Below are positions 47,973 to 57,936 of a stretch of 64,000 bases of DNA, in pieces. The stretch comes from an uncultured Verrucomicrobiae bacterium (lineage in GTDB: Bacteria; Verrucomicrobiota; Verrucomicrobiia; Limisphaerales; UBA8199): NCBI GenBank assembly GCA_963809845.1, contig CAWELO010000001.1, positions 461,742 through 525,741 of the forward strand, given 5' to 3'. The position numbers and the translations under genes are program-made. The notes beneath the pieces were generated by a model, which was not told where the DNA came from, did not search any database, and saw only the letters and a program-made list of their open reading frames with translations. Every line of letters begins with the position of its first letter. The stretch's first letter is position 1.

Positions 47973-49235
47973 TCAGGAACTTGCGGCCGCGCTGCTCAAC
48001 GCACGCTCGCGTTCCAGCAGGGTGGGGTGCGAATAGTAAAATCCGCTATACAGCGGGTGCGGGGTGAGGTTGCTCAGGTTCTTTTCATTCAGTTTTCTGA
48101 GGGCCCCGATGAGGAAGGCCGGCTGCGCCGTGACGCTCGCGGCAAAGGCGTCGGCCTGGTACTCGTAGCGGCGCGACCACCGATGGGCCAGGGGCGAGAG
48201 CCAGAAGGTGACGGCGCCGGAGAGCAGCGTGAAGAGGAGGAGGGCGGGAGCGATATTGCCGGGGGCGAATCCGAAGGCGCGGTAAAACCAGGCCTGCTGG
48301 GCCAGCCACGCCAGCAGGTAGAAACCCAGGAGGGACCCCGCCGCGGAGGCCGCCAGCATCTTCGGAATGTGCCGCTTCTTGTAGTGCCCGATTTCGTGCG
48401 CCAGGACCGCTTCCAGTTCCGGCTCCGCCAACTGCTGGATCAACGTGTCGAACAGGACGATCTTGCGAAAGCCGCCGAATCCAGTGAAGAAAGCGTTGGA
48501 ATGCCGTGAACGCTTGCTGCCGTCCATGACCTGGATACTGCGCGCGCGAAACCGGGTTCTGTTGGCAAGGTTCAACAGGCGGTCGCGCAGGTGCCCGTCC
48601 GGCAAGGGCGTGAATTTGTTGAAGAGTGGCATGATGAGCACCGGGGCGAGCACGGCCATGAGCAATTGAAACGCGAAGAGTGCCGCCCAGGCCCAGAGCC
48701 ACCAAAGCGAGCCGGTCCATTCGACCAATTTCAGCACCAGCACGAGCAAGGGGTAGCCCAGCACCAGGGCGAGCAGGAGCCCCTTGAGGTGATCGAGCCA
48801 CCAGAGAGCCGGTGTCGTTGTGTTGAAACCGAAGCGTTCTTCCAAACGGAACTGGCCATACCAGTCCAAGGGCAGGCTCACAATTGAAAGCGCCAGTCCG
48901 GTTAGAAACAGGAAACCCGCCAGCGCCCAGGCGGAGGAGCCGAACCGGCCAACCGAGGCATTGAACGCCAGCGGCAGCACTCCGCTGAAGAGGACAACGC
49001 ACAGGATCACCACATGGTAAGTCAATTCAACCGTCCGCAGGTTTCCCTTGGCGAGGGTGTAATCCACGCTCTTGGCATACGTGGCCGCATCCACGATGTC
49101 CTTGAAGCCATCCGGCACCGCGTGCGAGCGCGCCAGGACGTAGCGATGGTTTAACCGTTCGAGCCCAAGCTGCACCAGCCATTTGCCGAAAATCAATGCC
49201 AGCACCACAGCCACAACTTCCACGGTCGAAATCAT
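47973..49235 (-). CDS. M48 family (Ste24/CAAX-type) metallopeptidase
   Basis: DGSKRSRHSNAFFTG, AHEIGH, EYQAD, YSHP. Confidence 0.95.
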   Translation of the reverse strand: MISTVEVVAVVLALIFGKWLVQLGLERLNHRYVLARSHAVPDGFKDIVDAATYAKSVDYTLAKGNLRTVELTYHVVILCVVLFSGVLPLAFNASVGRFGSSAWALAGFLFLTGLALSIVSLPLDWYGQFRLEERFGFNTTTPALWWLDHLKGLLLALVLGYPLLVLVLKLVEWTGSLWWLWAWAALFAFQLLMAVLAPVLIMPLFNKFTPLPDGHLRDRLLNLANRTRFRARSIQVMDGSKRSRHSNAFFTGFGGFRKIVLFDTLIQQLAEPELEAVLAHEIGHYKKRHIPKMLAASAAGSLLGFYLLAWLAQQAWFYRAFGFAPGNIAPALLLFTLLSGAVTFWLSPLAHRWSRRYEYQADAFAASVTAQPAFLIGALRKLNEKNLSNLTPHPLYSGFYYSHPTLLERERALSSAAASS

Positions 49236-49361
49236 GGACCAATTTAGCCGCAATCCTCTCTCCAAGCCAAATCGGGCTGGCGGGATCCACCTGGGCCGGG
49301 CTCAAGCGCCGATAATACCCTCCAAGGCCGCCCTGCACGCAGAGTCCGCGGCCAAGCTGCG

Positions 49362-50609
49362 TTAGAACTCGAACCGCACCTCGGCCAGGCGCGACTTCAG
49401 CGTGTTCACAATCCGTGCTTCATCGGCCTGGTCTTTGGCAACAAACGTCACACTGAACCGCAGGTAGGCGCCGGCATCATCCCAGGGAACGGTTGAAATC
49501 AGCTTTTCGGTGATGAGCCATTGGGAGACGTCTTCGGCGGTTTGGAACTCGATCTGGCGGCCGTCCTTTTTCACCGCGGCACGGGGCGCCTTGACGTAGA
49601 GGAAAAACGAGCCCCTGGGTTTTCGGGCCTGGAAGCCCGCCTGGGCGAGCACCTCGACCAGGGCGCTCATCCGGCGCGAATACTTGGCCGCAATCTTTTC
49701 CGTGATCTCGGGATGGTCAAAGCCGTGGGCGGCGGCGTGCTGGACGGCCAGGAACTGGCCGGAATCCGTGTTGTCCTTCACGTCGCCATAGGCTTTGACC
49801 AGCAGTTCGTTGCCGGCCACAAAGCCGCAGCGCCAGCCGGTCATGTTGAAGGTCTTGCTGGCGGAGTGCAGTTCGAGGCCCACCTCCTTGGCGCCGGGCA
49901 TGGCCAGGAAGCTCAGCGGCTTGGCCTTCAAAGACCAGGGCCGCATACGCCGCATCATGGATGATGACCAGGTTTGTTGCGGGCAAACGCGACGGCTTTC
50001 GCGAAGAACTCGGGCGTGGCGCTGGCGCCGGTCGGGTTGTTGGGATAATTCAGCACCAGCACTTTCGCCTTGTGCAGCACCTCGCCGGGGACCGAGTCCA
50101 GATCGGGCAGGAATCGGTTGCCCTCGGTCAACGGCAGGTTATAGACCAGACCGCCGTAGTACTTTGCATGGGTGCCGAAGACGGGGTAACCGGGAGTGGT
50201 CATCAGCACATAATCGCCCGGGTTAATGAGCACAGCCGGCAGGAGCGAGAGCGCGGCTTTGCTGCCGATGGAGTGCATGATTTCCGTTTCCGGATTGATG
50301 CCGGACACGCCGCAGACGCGCTGCAAATAGCGCGCGGCCGCCTGCTTCAGCACCAGGTCGCCGTTGTCCGCATAGCCCCGGTTCTCCGGCTTGCGCGCTT
50401 CCGCGCAGAGCGTCTCGACGACTTCGGGAAAGGCCATCTCGTCCGGTTCCCCGACGCCCATGTCGATGATTTCGGCGCCGGGATGAGCGGCCATGGCCGC
50501 CCGCTTGGCGCGCTTGATCTTCTCGAACTTATAAATCGCAGTTGATTTGCCGGTACTGTTTCCCGCCTATCCGTTCGGCAAAAAGGTTTTGAATGTAGGA
50601 TTCAGACAT
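49362..50609 (-). CDS. dapL: LL-diaminopimelate aminotransferase with three frameshifts (near 50552, 49975, 49922)
   Basis: MSESYIQNLFAERIGG / YKFEKIKRAK...NYPNNPTG / HDAAY / HSASKTFNMTGWR are in successive frames. Confidence 0.85.
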
Positions 50610-50875
50610 ACGTTAAAATTGGAGCGTGAACCGTACCGCAACCCGCGCGCGGACGCAAGACCGGGAAGCCGGCGATCTCGGCATGGCTGGCTTGGGAGCG
50701 CCGTGAGTTACCCGGGAGGTTCTGGCGTATAAAATCCCGGCTCCGACTTCCGCGGAAATGCGCGGGAAGGGGAAACGGGGTCAATCTCCTGACCGTGTGC
50801 GCCTTCACCAGGAACAAGCCCGTGATATTATCAGGGCCGGGCCGAGCGCGGTCCCAAGGGTCCGGCGGGGAACGG

Positions 50876-52060
50876 TCAGGCCCCGGAAAACCCAGGACCC
50901 GATGGTTGACTGCCCAGCGCCTGCCTCACCGCGGACACGACCCGCTCGACGGTGATGCCCTGCATGCAGCGAAAGTCGATCGGGCAAACGCGGCGGTAGC
51001 AGGGAGCACACGCGGCTCCCGCGCGCAGCACGTAATGGCCGGGCGCGCCGGGCAGACCTGGCCCGGTGAGTTCCGGGGACGTGCTGCCGAAGGGCACGAC
51101 CACCGGCGTGCCCAAGGCGGCGGCGACGTGCATGGGACCGGAGTCGTTGGTGACCAGGACGCGGCAGAGCTTAAGCAGCGCCATCAACTCGCGCAGGGAT
51201 GTTTTCCCGGCGAGATTCAACGCCCGCCCACCCGCGTGCTGTGCGATTTCCTCACATAACCCGCGGTCGCTGGGGGCTCCGAACACCAGCCAGACGGCAT
51301 CCGGCGCGAGCCGGGAAATCTCGCGAGCGGCAGCGGCGAAGTTCCGCGCCGGCCAGCGTTTGGCCGGTCCGTAAGCGGCGGATGGATTGAGCCCGAGAAC
51401 CTTGCCGGTTTTCGCCCCCAGCGGCGCGAGGTATTTGGCCCTTACGTGGCCCCATTCCTCCGAGGCGACTTCGAGCTTGGGCGCAAGCAGCCCGGCGTCC
51501 GCCCCCAGTGCGGCGGCCAGGCCCAGGTAGTGATGGATCTGATGGGAGGCGCCTGCCGGACTCTGTTCTGATACCGGGGCGGACAGGGAAGGCGGGCGCT
51601 CCGGGGTGTCTTGGGTCAAACGGCGAATCTCGCCCACGCTCCGCTTGCGCATCTGCATTCCCGTTTTGGCGGGAGGAATCGCCTGGGTCAGAAACCCATT
51701 GCGCCAAGGCCGGGCGTAACCGATGCGCTCCGGAATCCGCCCCAGCCAAACTTCGAGGGCGGAGCGGGGCGAATTGGGAAGGACTAAAGCCTGGTCGAAG
51801 GTCTCACCGCGAAGGCGGCGTCCGATCGACCAGGGGCTTTCGCCCGCGGCAAAGGTAATCACTTGATCGAGGCCGGGATGCCCGCGCCAGAGGTCCGCCA
51901 GCAACTCGGAGGTGAGCAGTGCCAGGTGCCCCTGCGGAAAGCGCTCGCGCAATCGCCGCAGGGCGGGCGTGGTCATCACCGCGTCCCCCAGCCAGTTCAC
52001 ACCGCGAACCAGGATGCGGCACTGGGCGCTTTCGGTCCGGCTCGGCCGCGGCTGAGGCAT
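50876..52060 (-). CDS. waaF: Lipopolysaccharide heptosyltransferase II (GT9)
   Basis: NWLGDAVM, LPNS, YGPAKRWP, TNDSGPMH. Confidence 0.92.
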   Translation of the reverse strand: MPQPRPSRTESAQCRILVRGVNWLGDAVMTTPALRRLRERFPQGHLALLTSELLADLWRGHPGLDQVITFAAGESPWSIGRRLRGETFDQALVLPNSPRSALEVWLGRIPERIGYARPWRNGFLTQAIPPAKTGMQMRKRSVGEIRRLTQDTPERPPSLSAPVSEQSPAGASHQIHHYLGLAAALGADAGLLAPKLEVASEEWGHVRAKYLAPLGAKTGKVLGLNPSAAYGPAKRWPARNFAAAAREISRLAPDAVWLVFGAPSDRGLCEEIAQHAGGRALNLAGKTSLRELMALLKLCRVLVTNDSGPMHVAAALGTPVVVPFGSTSPELTGPGLPGAPGHYVLRAGAACAPCYRRVCPIDFRCMQGITVERVVSAVRQALGSQPSGPGFSGA

Positions 52061-52063
52061 GCG

Positions 52064-53029
52064 CTAGGCCCCTTCGGTGAGCTTGGCCGGCTCGGGGCTT
52101 TTCGCCGGGGCTGGCCGCGCGGACGCCGGCGGTCCGGGATTCCGGTAGGTGGCCTGTTTCCAGCGATTATGAACCCAGAACCAATTCGCCGGATCCCGAC
52201 GGACGGCCTCTTCGAACGCCCGGTTGATTTCGAGCATGATTTCGGCGGTGGACCGGGGCTGGCCATCTTTCTGGGTGGGGATTTCGGGGCCGCCTTCGAT
52301 GCGCCAGCGGGCCAGGCCCACCCGGAAGCAGATGCCGGTATGAAGCTTGCAATGGTAGCGCAACGCAAAGATGGCCGGGGCCGGCGACGTCGAGCAAGGA
52401 TGCCCGAGGAAGGGCAGGCGCAGCCCGCTTTCGCCGGCGTTTTGATCGGCGAGCAGCCCGAGGATGATGGCCGGCTGATTCATAAACGTCTTCAGGGCGG
52501 CGCCATCGAACCGGCGTTCAAAGAAGCGGCAGCCGGAGCGCTCGCGCAAGGATTGCAGGAGACGATCGAGCGAGGATTGCCGCAAACCCCGGTAGGTGGT
52601 GGCCGATTTATAGGCCGGGGCGAACTGGCCGAAACGAGCGTAGAGCTCGAAGTTCCCAAAATGACCGATTGCCGCCACAATCCCTTGCGGGGGCACGCCG
52701 GCGGGCGGCGAAAGAATTTCCGGCGGCGCAATGAATTCGACGTGCGGGCGGATTTGCTCGATGGTCATCGAGGCCGTCTTGACGGCGCAGGCGAAGCTCT
52801 CGCCGATGCGCCGGAAGTTTTCGTGCGCCAGGCGCCGGATTTCCCGCGGCGATTTCTCCTGGCCGAAGCACAGCGTCAGGTTTCGGCGCGCCACGCGGCG
52901 ATGCCGGCCATCGAGCCAATACACCAGCGCGCCGCCCGCCCGGCCCAACCGCGCCACCCACCGCAGGGGCAGCGCTTGCACCAACCCCACCAGGGACTTG
53001 GCCAGGAGATATAAGAGCTCGTCCATCAT
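52064..53029 (-). CDS. lpxL: Lipid A acyltransferase (LpxL/HtrB family)
   Basis: GHFGNFE, LLADQ, PANWFWVHNRWK. Confidence 0.88.
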   Translation of the reverse strand: MMDELLYLLAKSLVGLVQALPLRWVARLGRAGGALVYWLDGRHRRVARRNLTLCFGQEKSPREIRRLAHENFRRIGESFACAVKTASMTIEQIRPHVEFIAPPEILSPPAGVPPQGIVAAIGHFGNFELYARFGQFAPAYKSATTYRGLRQSSLDRLLQSLRERSGCRFFERRFDGAALKTFMNQPAIILGLLADQNAGESGLRLPFLGHPCSTSPAPAIFALRYHCKLHTGICFRVGLARWRIEGGPEIPTQKDGQPRSTAEIMLEINRAFEEAVRRDPANWFWVHNRWKQATYRNPGPPASARPAPAKSPEPAKLTEGA

Positions 53030-54201
53030 CAGCGAAAGCAGATCTTTCGGACGCAATCCTGGAAGTCATTGGCCCCGCTCAGGATCTTGATTTCGACGCG
53101 CATGAAATAAATCGGCAGATCGCGGCGGTCGATCTTGGGAAACCGGACGGCATCCTTTTGGGTCGTGATGATGGCCTCGGCCTGGCGCTTTTTGCTGCGG
53201 TTGATGGCGTTGAGGATTTCCTGCTGGGTGAAGCGGTGGTGATCGGCGAAGCGTTTGGCGTACACCAGCTCGGCGCGGAGCTGCACCAGGCTCTCCTCAA
53301 AACTCTCCGGCTGGGCAATCCCACTGAGCGAAGCCACTTTTTGCCCGGCCAAAAAATCCAGCCCCACACGCTGGCCGGTGAACACATCTTCGAGGTAAAT
53401 GGGATGGTGAATGCACTCGATGATCCCCGCGGTGGGATTGACTTGCATGATCCGGCGGCGCAGTTCCGCGGTGTTGCCGTCGCTCTTGGTGATGAAGATC
53501 GTGCTGGCGCGAGCGAGATGCGACGGCGGCTCGCGCAGCGTGCCGCGGGGCAAAAGCCGCTCGTTTCCGAAAGGCTGCTGGCGATCGATGAGCACGATGT
53601 CGTGCCGGCGGCCGCGCAGCTTCCAATACTGAAACCCATCATCCAGCAGCAGCGTGTCGCAACCGAACTTTTCGATGGCATAACGCCCGCTCTTCACACG
53701 ATCCTTATCCACCAGGACTACGACGTCCTTGAGGTTGGACGCCAGCATGTAGGGCTCGTCACCGGCCATCTCCGAATCCAGCAAGAGCGATTTTCCGTCG
53801 GAGACCACCCGCGGCGGGTTGGTGTCGTCGCGAAGCAAGATCTTGTTCAGCAGCCATTGGTGAATCGGCGTAGGCTTCGAACGATAACCGCGGGAGAGGA
53901 TCGCCACGTTCCGCCCCTGGTCGCGAAGTTCGCGCGCGAATTTTTCGACGACCGGCGTTTTGCCCGTGCCCCCAACCGTAAGATTGCCGACGGCGATCAC
54001 CTGGATGCCCAGCGTCGAGTCGCGCAGGATGCGAACGTTGTAGAGAAAGCGCCGGGTCTTGACCAGGAGCTGAAAAATTTTGGAGCAGCCGAAGAGAATG
54101 GCGCGCACCACGGTCGCGAGCGTGCCTCGACGTTCCTCGAGGATAACCTCCAGGAGGAAAGTCTCGCCCTTTTCCATCCAGGTGCGGAACCGCTCGACCA
54201 T
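53029..54201 (-). CDS. lpxK: Tetraacyldisaccharide 4'-kinase
   Basis: VGNLTVGGTGKTP, SRGY, GDEP, LDDGFQ, LPRGTLRE, FADHH. Confidence 0.96.
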   Translation of the reverse strand: MVERFRTWMEKGETFLLEVILEERRGTLATVVRAILFGCSKIFQLLVKTRRFLYNVRILRDSTLGIQVIAVGNLTVGGTGKTPVVEKFARELRDQGRNVAILSRGYRSKPTPIHQWLLNKILLRDDTNPPRVVSDGKSLLLDSEMAGDEPYMLASNLKDVVVLVDKDRVKSGRYAIEKFGCDTLLLDDGFQYWKLRGRRHDIVLIDRQQPFGNERLLPRGTLREPPSHLARASTIFITKSDGNTAELRRRIMQVNPTAGIIECIHHPIYLEDVFTGQRVGLDFLAGQKVASLSGIAQPESFEESLVQLRAELVYAKRFADHHRFTQQEILNAINRSKKRQAEAIITTQKDAVRFPKIDRRDLPIYFMRVEIKILSGANDFQDCVRKICFR

Positions 54202-54273
54202 GCCGGGGCAGTCTGCCAAGCAGGGGGAGAGACAGCAAGCGTGCGTGACGCCCGCCGCGGCTGCTTCCGCCGG

Positions 54274-55008
54274 CTAATCCGGATACAAGGAGCGGCGTTC
54301 TTCGAGGGACACCAACCCATTGGCAATGGCGAACTTGGTCAACCCGGCCACCGAATGGATGTTAAGCCGGCGCATGATGCGCTCGCGGTGGGTTTCAATC
54401 GTGCGCACCCCGATGCCGAGCTTATTGGCGATTTCCTTGTTGCTCTGGCCTTCGGCGATCAGCACCAGGACCTCGCGTTCACGATTCGTAAGTTGGGCGA
54501 AGGGTTCTTTCTTGCCCCCGTTGTGGACCAGTTGGTTGAGCGCCGCCTGCGCCACCTCGGGGCTGAAAAAGGTTTCGCCTTCATGCACGGATTCGATGGC
54601 CCGGAGCAACTCCTCCGGCGAGGCCTCCTTCGAGACGTAGCCGTGGGCTCCGGCCTCGATGATCCGAAAAATAAACTCCCGTTTGTTGTGAACGGAGAGA
54701 ATCAGGACCTTGATTTCCGGGGCTTCCTTCCGCAGAACCTGGGTCACGGACAAACCGTCGCGGCGGGGCATGGAAACATCCATCAAGACGACGTCCGGCG
54801 CCAATTTCAGGGCCTTTTCGAGGGCGTCTTCGCCATCGACCGCTTCGCCCACAATCCGCAGGCGATCCTGACGCGCCAGGCAAGCCTGCAAACCCTTGCG
54901 GACCACCGGATGGTCATCCACGACCAAGACCCTGATCTTTTCTTTTGTCGCGCTCAATTTCCGTTTCGATCTCCTGCCAGGCAGATTTTCAGCCGACATC
55001 TTTTCCAT
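54274..55008 (-). CDS. NarL/LuxR-family response regulator
   Basis: VVDDH, LMDVSMP, GYVSK, HTH LTNREREVL...SNKEIA. Confidence 0.95.
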   Translation of the reverse strand: MEKMSAENLPGRRSKRKLSATKEKIRVLVVDDHPVVRKGLQACLARQDRLRIVGEAVDGEDALEKALKLAPDVVLMDVSMPRRDGLSVTQVLRKEAPEIKVLILSVHNKREFIFRIIEAGAHGYVSKEASPEELLRAIESVHEGETFFSPEVAQAALNQLVHNGGKKEPFAQLTNREREVLVLIAEGQSNKEIANKLGIGVRTIETHRERIMRRLNIHSVAGLTKFAIANGLVSLEERRSLYPD

Positions 55009-55135
55009 CTGATTTCATTTAAGCAAATTGCCAGCGGGAAGTAAAGCACTGTATCAACCTCGGGCCCAAGAATTTCGAGAGTGCGCCCGGAGGTTCGGCA
55101 GCCTGCGCCGGATCACTGTGGCCGGTGCGCCGCCG

Positions 55136-55318
55136 TTTGGCGACTGGGAAGTTCCTTGGCATGCCGTTGCGGGCCAAGCCCCCCCGCAGTGCGGGGAATT
55201 CAACCTCGTTAGCCGCGCGGCCAATCTGGCCGCCCGCATGAAGTGGCGCCTCGGTGTTTACACCCAGCGCTTCAACCTGCGGCATAAGCTTTGCCGCCAC
55301 CTCTTTGCCGGGCGCTGA
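55136..55318 (+). pseudogene. REP-associated tyrosine transposase (RAYT, Y1) remnant
   Basis: FNLV...ANLAARMKWRLGVYTQRFNLRHKLCRHLFAGR resembles RAYT HLxxxTPxxNL..GM.W....YT.RFN.RH...GHLF.GR; HUH motif is degraded. Confidence 0.65.
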
Positions 55319-55604
55319 CAGGCGCTGGGCAGCCACCGAGACCGTGAACGAACCGTCGGCCGCCATGTGGGTGACGTAGCGGTTGCTCCCCGAAGCGTAA
55401 ACGACCCGGTTTGAGCTCAGCGCCGGCGTTCCGGGGTCGTGATAGACCTTCCACCACGAACGCAAGCCATCGGTGGAGCTTTCGCTTACCGACACCAGAT
55501 TTAAGGAATTGGGACTGAGGGTGACCCATCCGTATGTGCGCGTACGCTGGACGTTGGAGCCGTTGTCGGTCACCACGTCATTGATGGTGGAAGTGCTGCG
55601 GTCA

Positions 55605-56034
55605 GAGCGCATCCCGGCAGTAACCCCCCCCGCCGAATACGGCCCGGAGCGCCGGAGCGCCGGGTTGGAGCCGGCTTAGGACGCGCACCAAAATTATATT
55701 GCCAACTTAAATGAGACATGTATCGGTATATGCATGAGGCGAGATGACGAGTTGGAAGCGGTGATCGTTTCGAAATACGCGGTTGTAGCATCGGTTCTGA
55801 ACGAGCGGGCGCGCCGTCTTTGGGCTGCGACTGAATCGCAGATGCATGAATTGAAGCTGTGTCCCGATAGGTTCCGCGGCGAATGGAACTACCAACTGCA
55901 AACTCGGACTTGAAAAGATAATTTCGATCAAAGTCCTTAGCGCGTCCAAGATCCACAGGAGCACGATAAGAATCGCCGAGCGCCGTAAGCCGGCTCAAAA
56001 GCCGGCGCTCCGGGGCTACTGCCGGGATGCGCTC
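55605..56034. mobile_element. MITE/REPIN-like element with 18-bp terminal inverted repeats
   Basis: GAGCGCATCCCGGCAGTA at 55605-55622 and its reverse complement at 56017-56034; inner inverted GGAGCGCCGG..GAGCCGGCTTA arms; flanks ctgcggtca / atgcgatca. Confidence 0.75.
55679..55936 (+). mobile_element. Internally deleted ISAzo13-family element
   Basis: Imperfect TIRs GGAC....A.C.AAATTAT with TTA on both sides. ORF 55734-55913 joins N-terminal LNERARRLWAATES to C-terminal FRGEWNY. Confidence 0.8.
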
Positions 56035-56209
56035 ATGCGATCACTGCCGGCAAAATCGATCGTGCTGTTGAGGTTCGTATCAAGCACCGTGTAAGCAACC
56101 TCGCCTTTGGCATAACGTGCGGCGGGTCCGCGTCTCAACCTCTGACACGGTAAAGCATCAAATATCAAAAGTTGAGATGCGACCCCTCTGCCTTTCGCCC
56201 TCTGCCTTT

Positions 56210-57318
56210 CGCGCGCCTGTGCCCACGGTCAAGCCGATACCTGGTCGCCCGGCCATTCTGGCGGCGATCACCATCCGGACTGGTCCGCCCCAGTCACCGC
56301 CCTGCTCACCAAGCTCCTATCCTCCAAGCCGGCCTCCTCCTACAGCGCCGCCGCCAGCGAACTCCATCGCCGCCTGGGCTTCCAGACCGACCGCGCCCGC
56401 GTGCGCCGCTGGGCCCTCCAGCACAACCAGGCCCCAGACACTCGCTACAAGAAGGCCCCTCAACCCGTCAAACGCTGGCAAGTTCGCGACTGGGGCGCTC
56501 TCTGGCAATACGATGCCAGCCCCCACGCTTGGCTGCCCAGTTCCCCGACAAGCAGGTCCTGCTCGATCTGATCGACGACGCCACCCGCTACAACACCGGC
56601 GCCCGCCTCTACCCCAGCGAAACCCTCCTCTCCCACTACGATTTCCTCTCCCGTACCTTCCAAGCCCACGGCCTGCCCTTGGCCCTCTACGTGGACTACC
56701 ACTCCTTCTTCTATACCCACAACCCTGACGCCTTCACCCAACTGGGCGCCGCCCTCCACTTCTATGGGGTCGCCCTGCGCTACGCCCCCACCCCCCAAGC
56801 CAAAGGTAAAATCGAACGCCGTCACGACTACTGGCAAAAACGTCTGCCCCCGCTCCTGGCCGCCGACCAGATCCTCGAACTCTGCGGCGCCAACCACCTG
56901 CTCGATCAGTTGCTTCCCCATGCCAACCAGCACGAAATCCACCGCGAACTCGGCACCACCCCGCACGCCGCCCGCGACTTGGCCCTGACCCAAAAACGCT
57001 CCGTTCTACGCCCCGCCCCCGCCTGTCCCTGGTGGCCCTATGTTTGGAGCCAGCGCACCCAGGTCCGCGTCGGCGATGATGGCAAAGTCCCCGTACACGA
57101 TCAGCGTCATTCCATTGCCGCCCCGCCCCGCTCGACCGTCCTCCGCTGCCTGCGACCCGACGGCGACCTCTTCTACCTCCACCGCGCCCCAGACCCCAAG
57201 ACCCAACCTCTCCTTCTGCTCCACTGCCCGGTCTTCTAATACCCCGTCCGGTTTTGATCGCACAGGGCTCTCTGGTTTTGATCGCACACAGAATTCCGGT
57301 TTTGAATGATACACGACA
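56210..57318 (+). mobile_element. ISNCY/IS1202-like DDE transposase remnant with intact right end
   Basis: WQYDASPH / IDDATR / YVDYHSFF / PQAKGKIER with a frameshift near 56540 and no 5' end; three GGTTTTGA..G..ACA repeats, element ends ...ACA at 57318. Confidence 0.8.
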
Positions 57319-57334
57319 CGGCAATTCTCGATGG

Positions 57335-57363
57335 TTGACACCGGGTCACACTTGGGCCACAAT
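57335..57363 (+). promoter_or_regulatory. Putative sigma70 promoter of the TA operon (leaderless)
   Basis: TTGACA-17 nt-CACAAT, 6 nt before ATG 57370. Confidence 0.6.
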
Positions 57364-57369
57364 GAGTCC

Positions 57370-57588
57370 ATGAGTGCAGTAGCAAAAAGCCGAATTGACC
57401 CTGAATTGAAACGTCAAGCGGAAGCCGTTTTGGAGGAAATCGGGCTTAAACCCCGGGCCGCCTTGGAACTTTTTTATAAACAGATCATTAAGCGCCGGGC
57501 GATTCCGTTCCCGGTTCAGGCCGATAGTCCCGAGGATGAAGTGCTGAGCACTGCCGCCCGTCGTAATCAGTTGGCTGATGAGTTTTAA
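57370..57588 (+). CDS. RelB/DinJ-family antitoxin
   Basis: SRIDPELKRQAEAVLEEIGL...ALELFYKQII...IPF. Confidence 0.88.
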   Translation: MSAVAKSRIDPELKRQAEAVLEEIGLKPRAALELFYKQIIKRRAIPFPVQADSPEDEVLSTAARRNQLADEF

Positions 57589-57590
57589 AC

Positions 57591-57914
57591 ATGAAAACCG
57601 TCCCACAACCCGGGGAGGTTTGGTTTATCGATTTGGGCATGGTTGCTAAACAGCGTCCTGCGCTCGTGCTGGCGGCTCGAACCGATGCCCGGCTGGCATT
57701 GGCCAGTGTAGTTTTGATCACAACGAAATTTGAAAACACGCCTTACGAGGTTACATTGCCTCGCGTGCCGTGGTTGCCGGAGCGAAGCTACATCAACGCC
57801 CAAAGTATACAGCCGGTGAAGTTCACCGAATTTATTCGTAAAGCTCCCGGAAAGTTTGATCCGCGCGTCATGGGCGACGTCGAAGCCGTGCTCAAACGCT
57901 GGTTGAAGCTCTAA
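57591..57914 (+). CDS. mazF: PemK/MazF-family toxin
   Basis: GEVWFIDLG...KQRPALVL...ITT...SYINAQSIQPV. Confidence 0.88.
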   Translation: MKTVPQPGEVWFIDLGMVAKQRPALVLAARTDARLALASVVLITTKFENTPYEVTLPRVPWLPERSYINAQSIQPVKFTEFIRKAPGKFDPRVMGDVEAVLKRWLKL

Positions 57915-57936
57915 ATAATATTGGCGGCGTCCAATT

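Larger units (their letters stand above)
55320..56114 (-). pseudogene. RHS/YD-repeat protein fragment, interrupted by nested insertions
   Basis: 56114-56035 reads YAKGEVAYTVLDTNLNSTIDFAGSDR and resumes at 55604 with DRSTSTINDVVTDNGSNVQRTRTY...STDGLRSW. Confidence 0.55.

Noticed and set aside
53158-55044. 628-aa plus-strand ORF
   Set aside because: Shadow of lpxK and the response regulator; no motifs.
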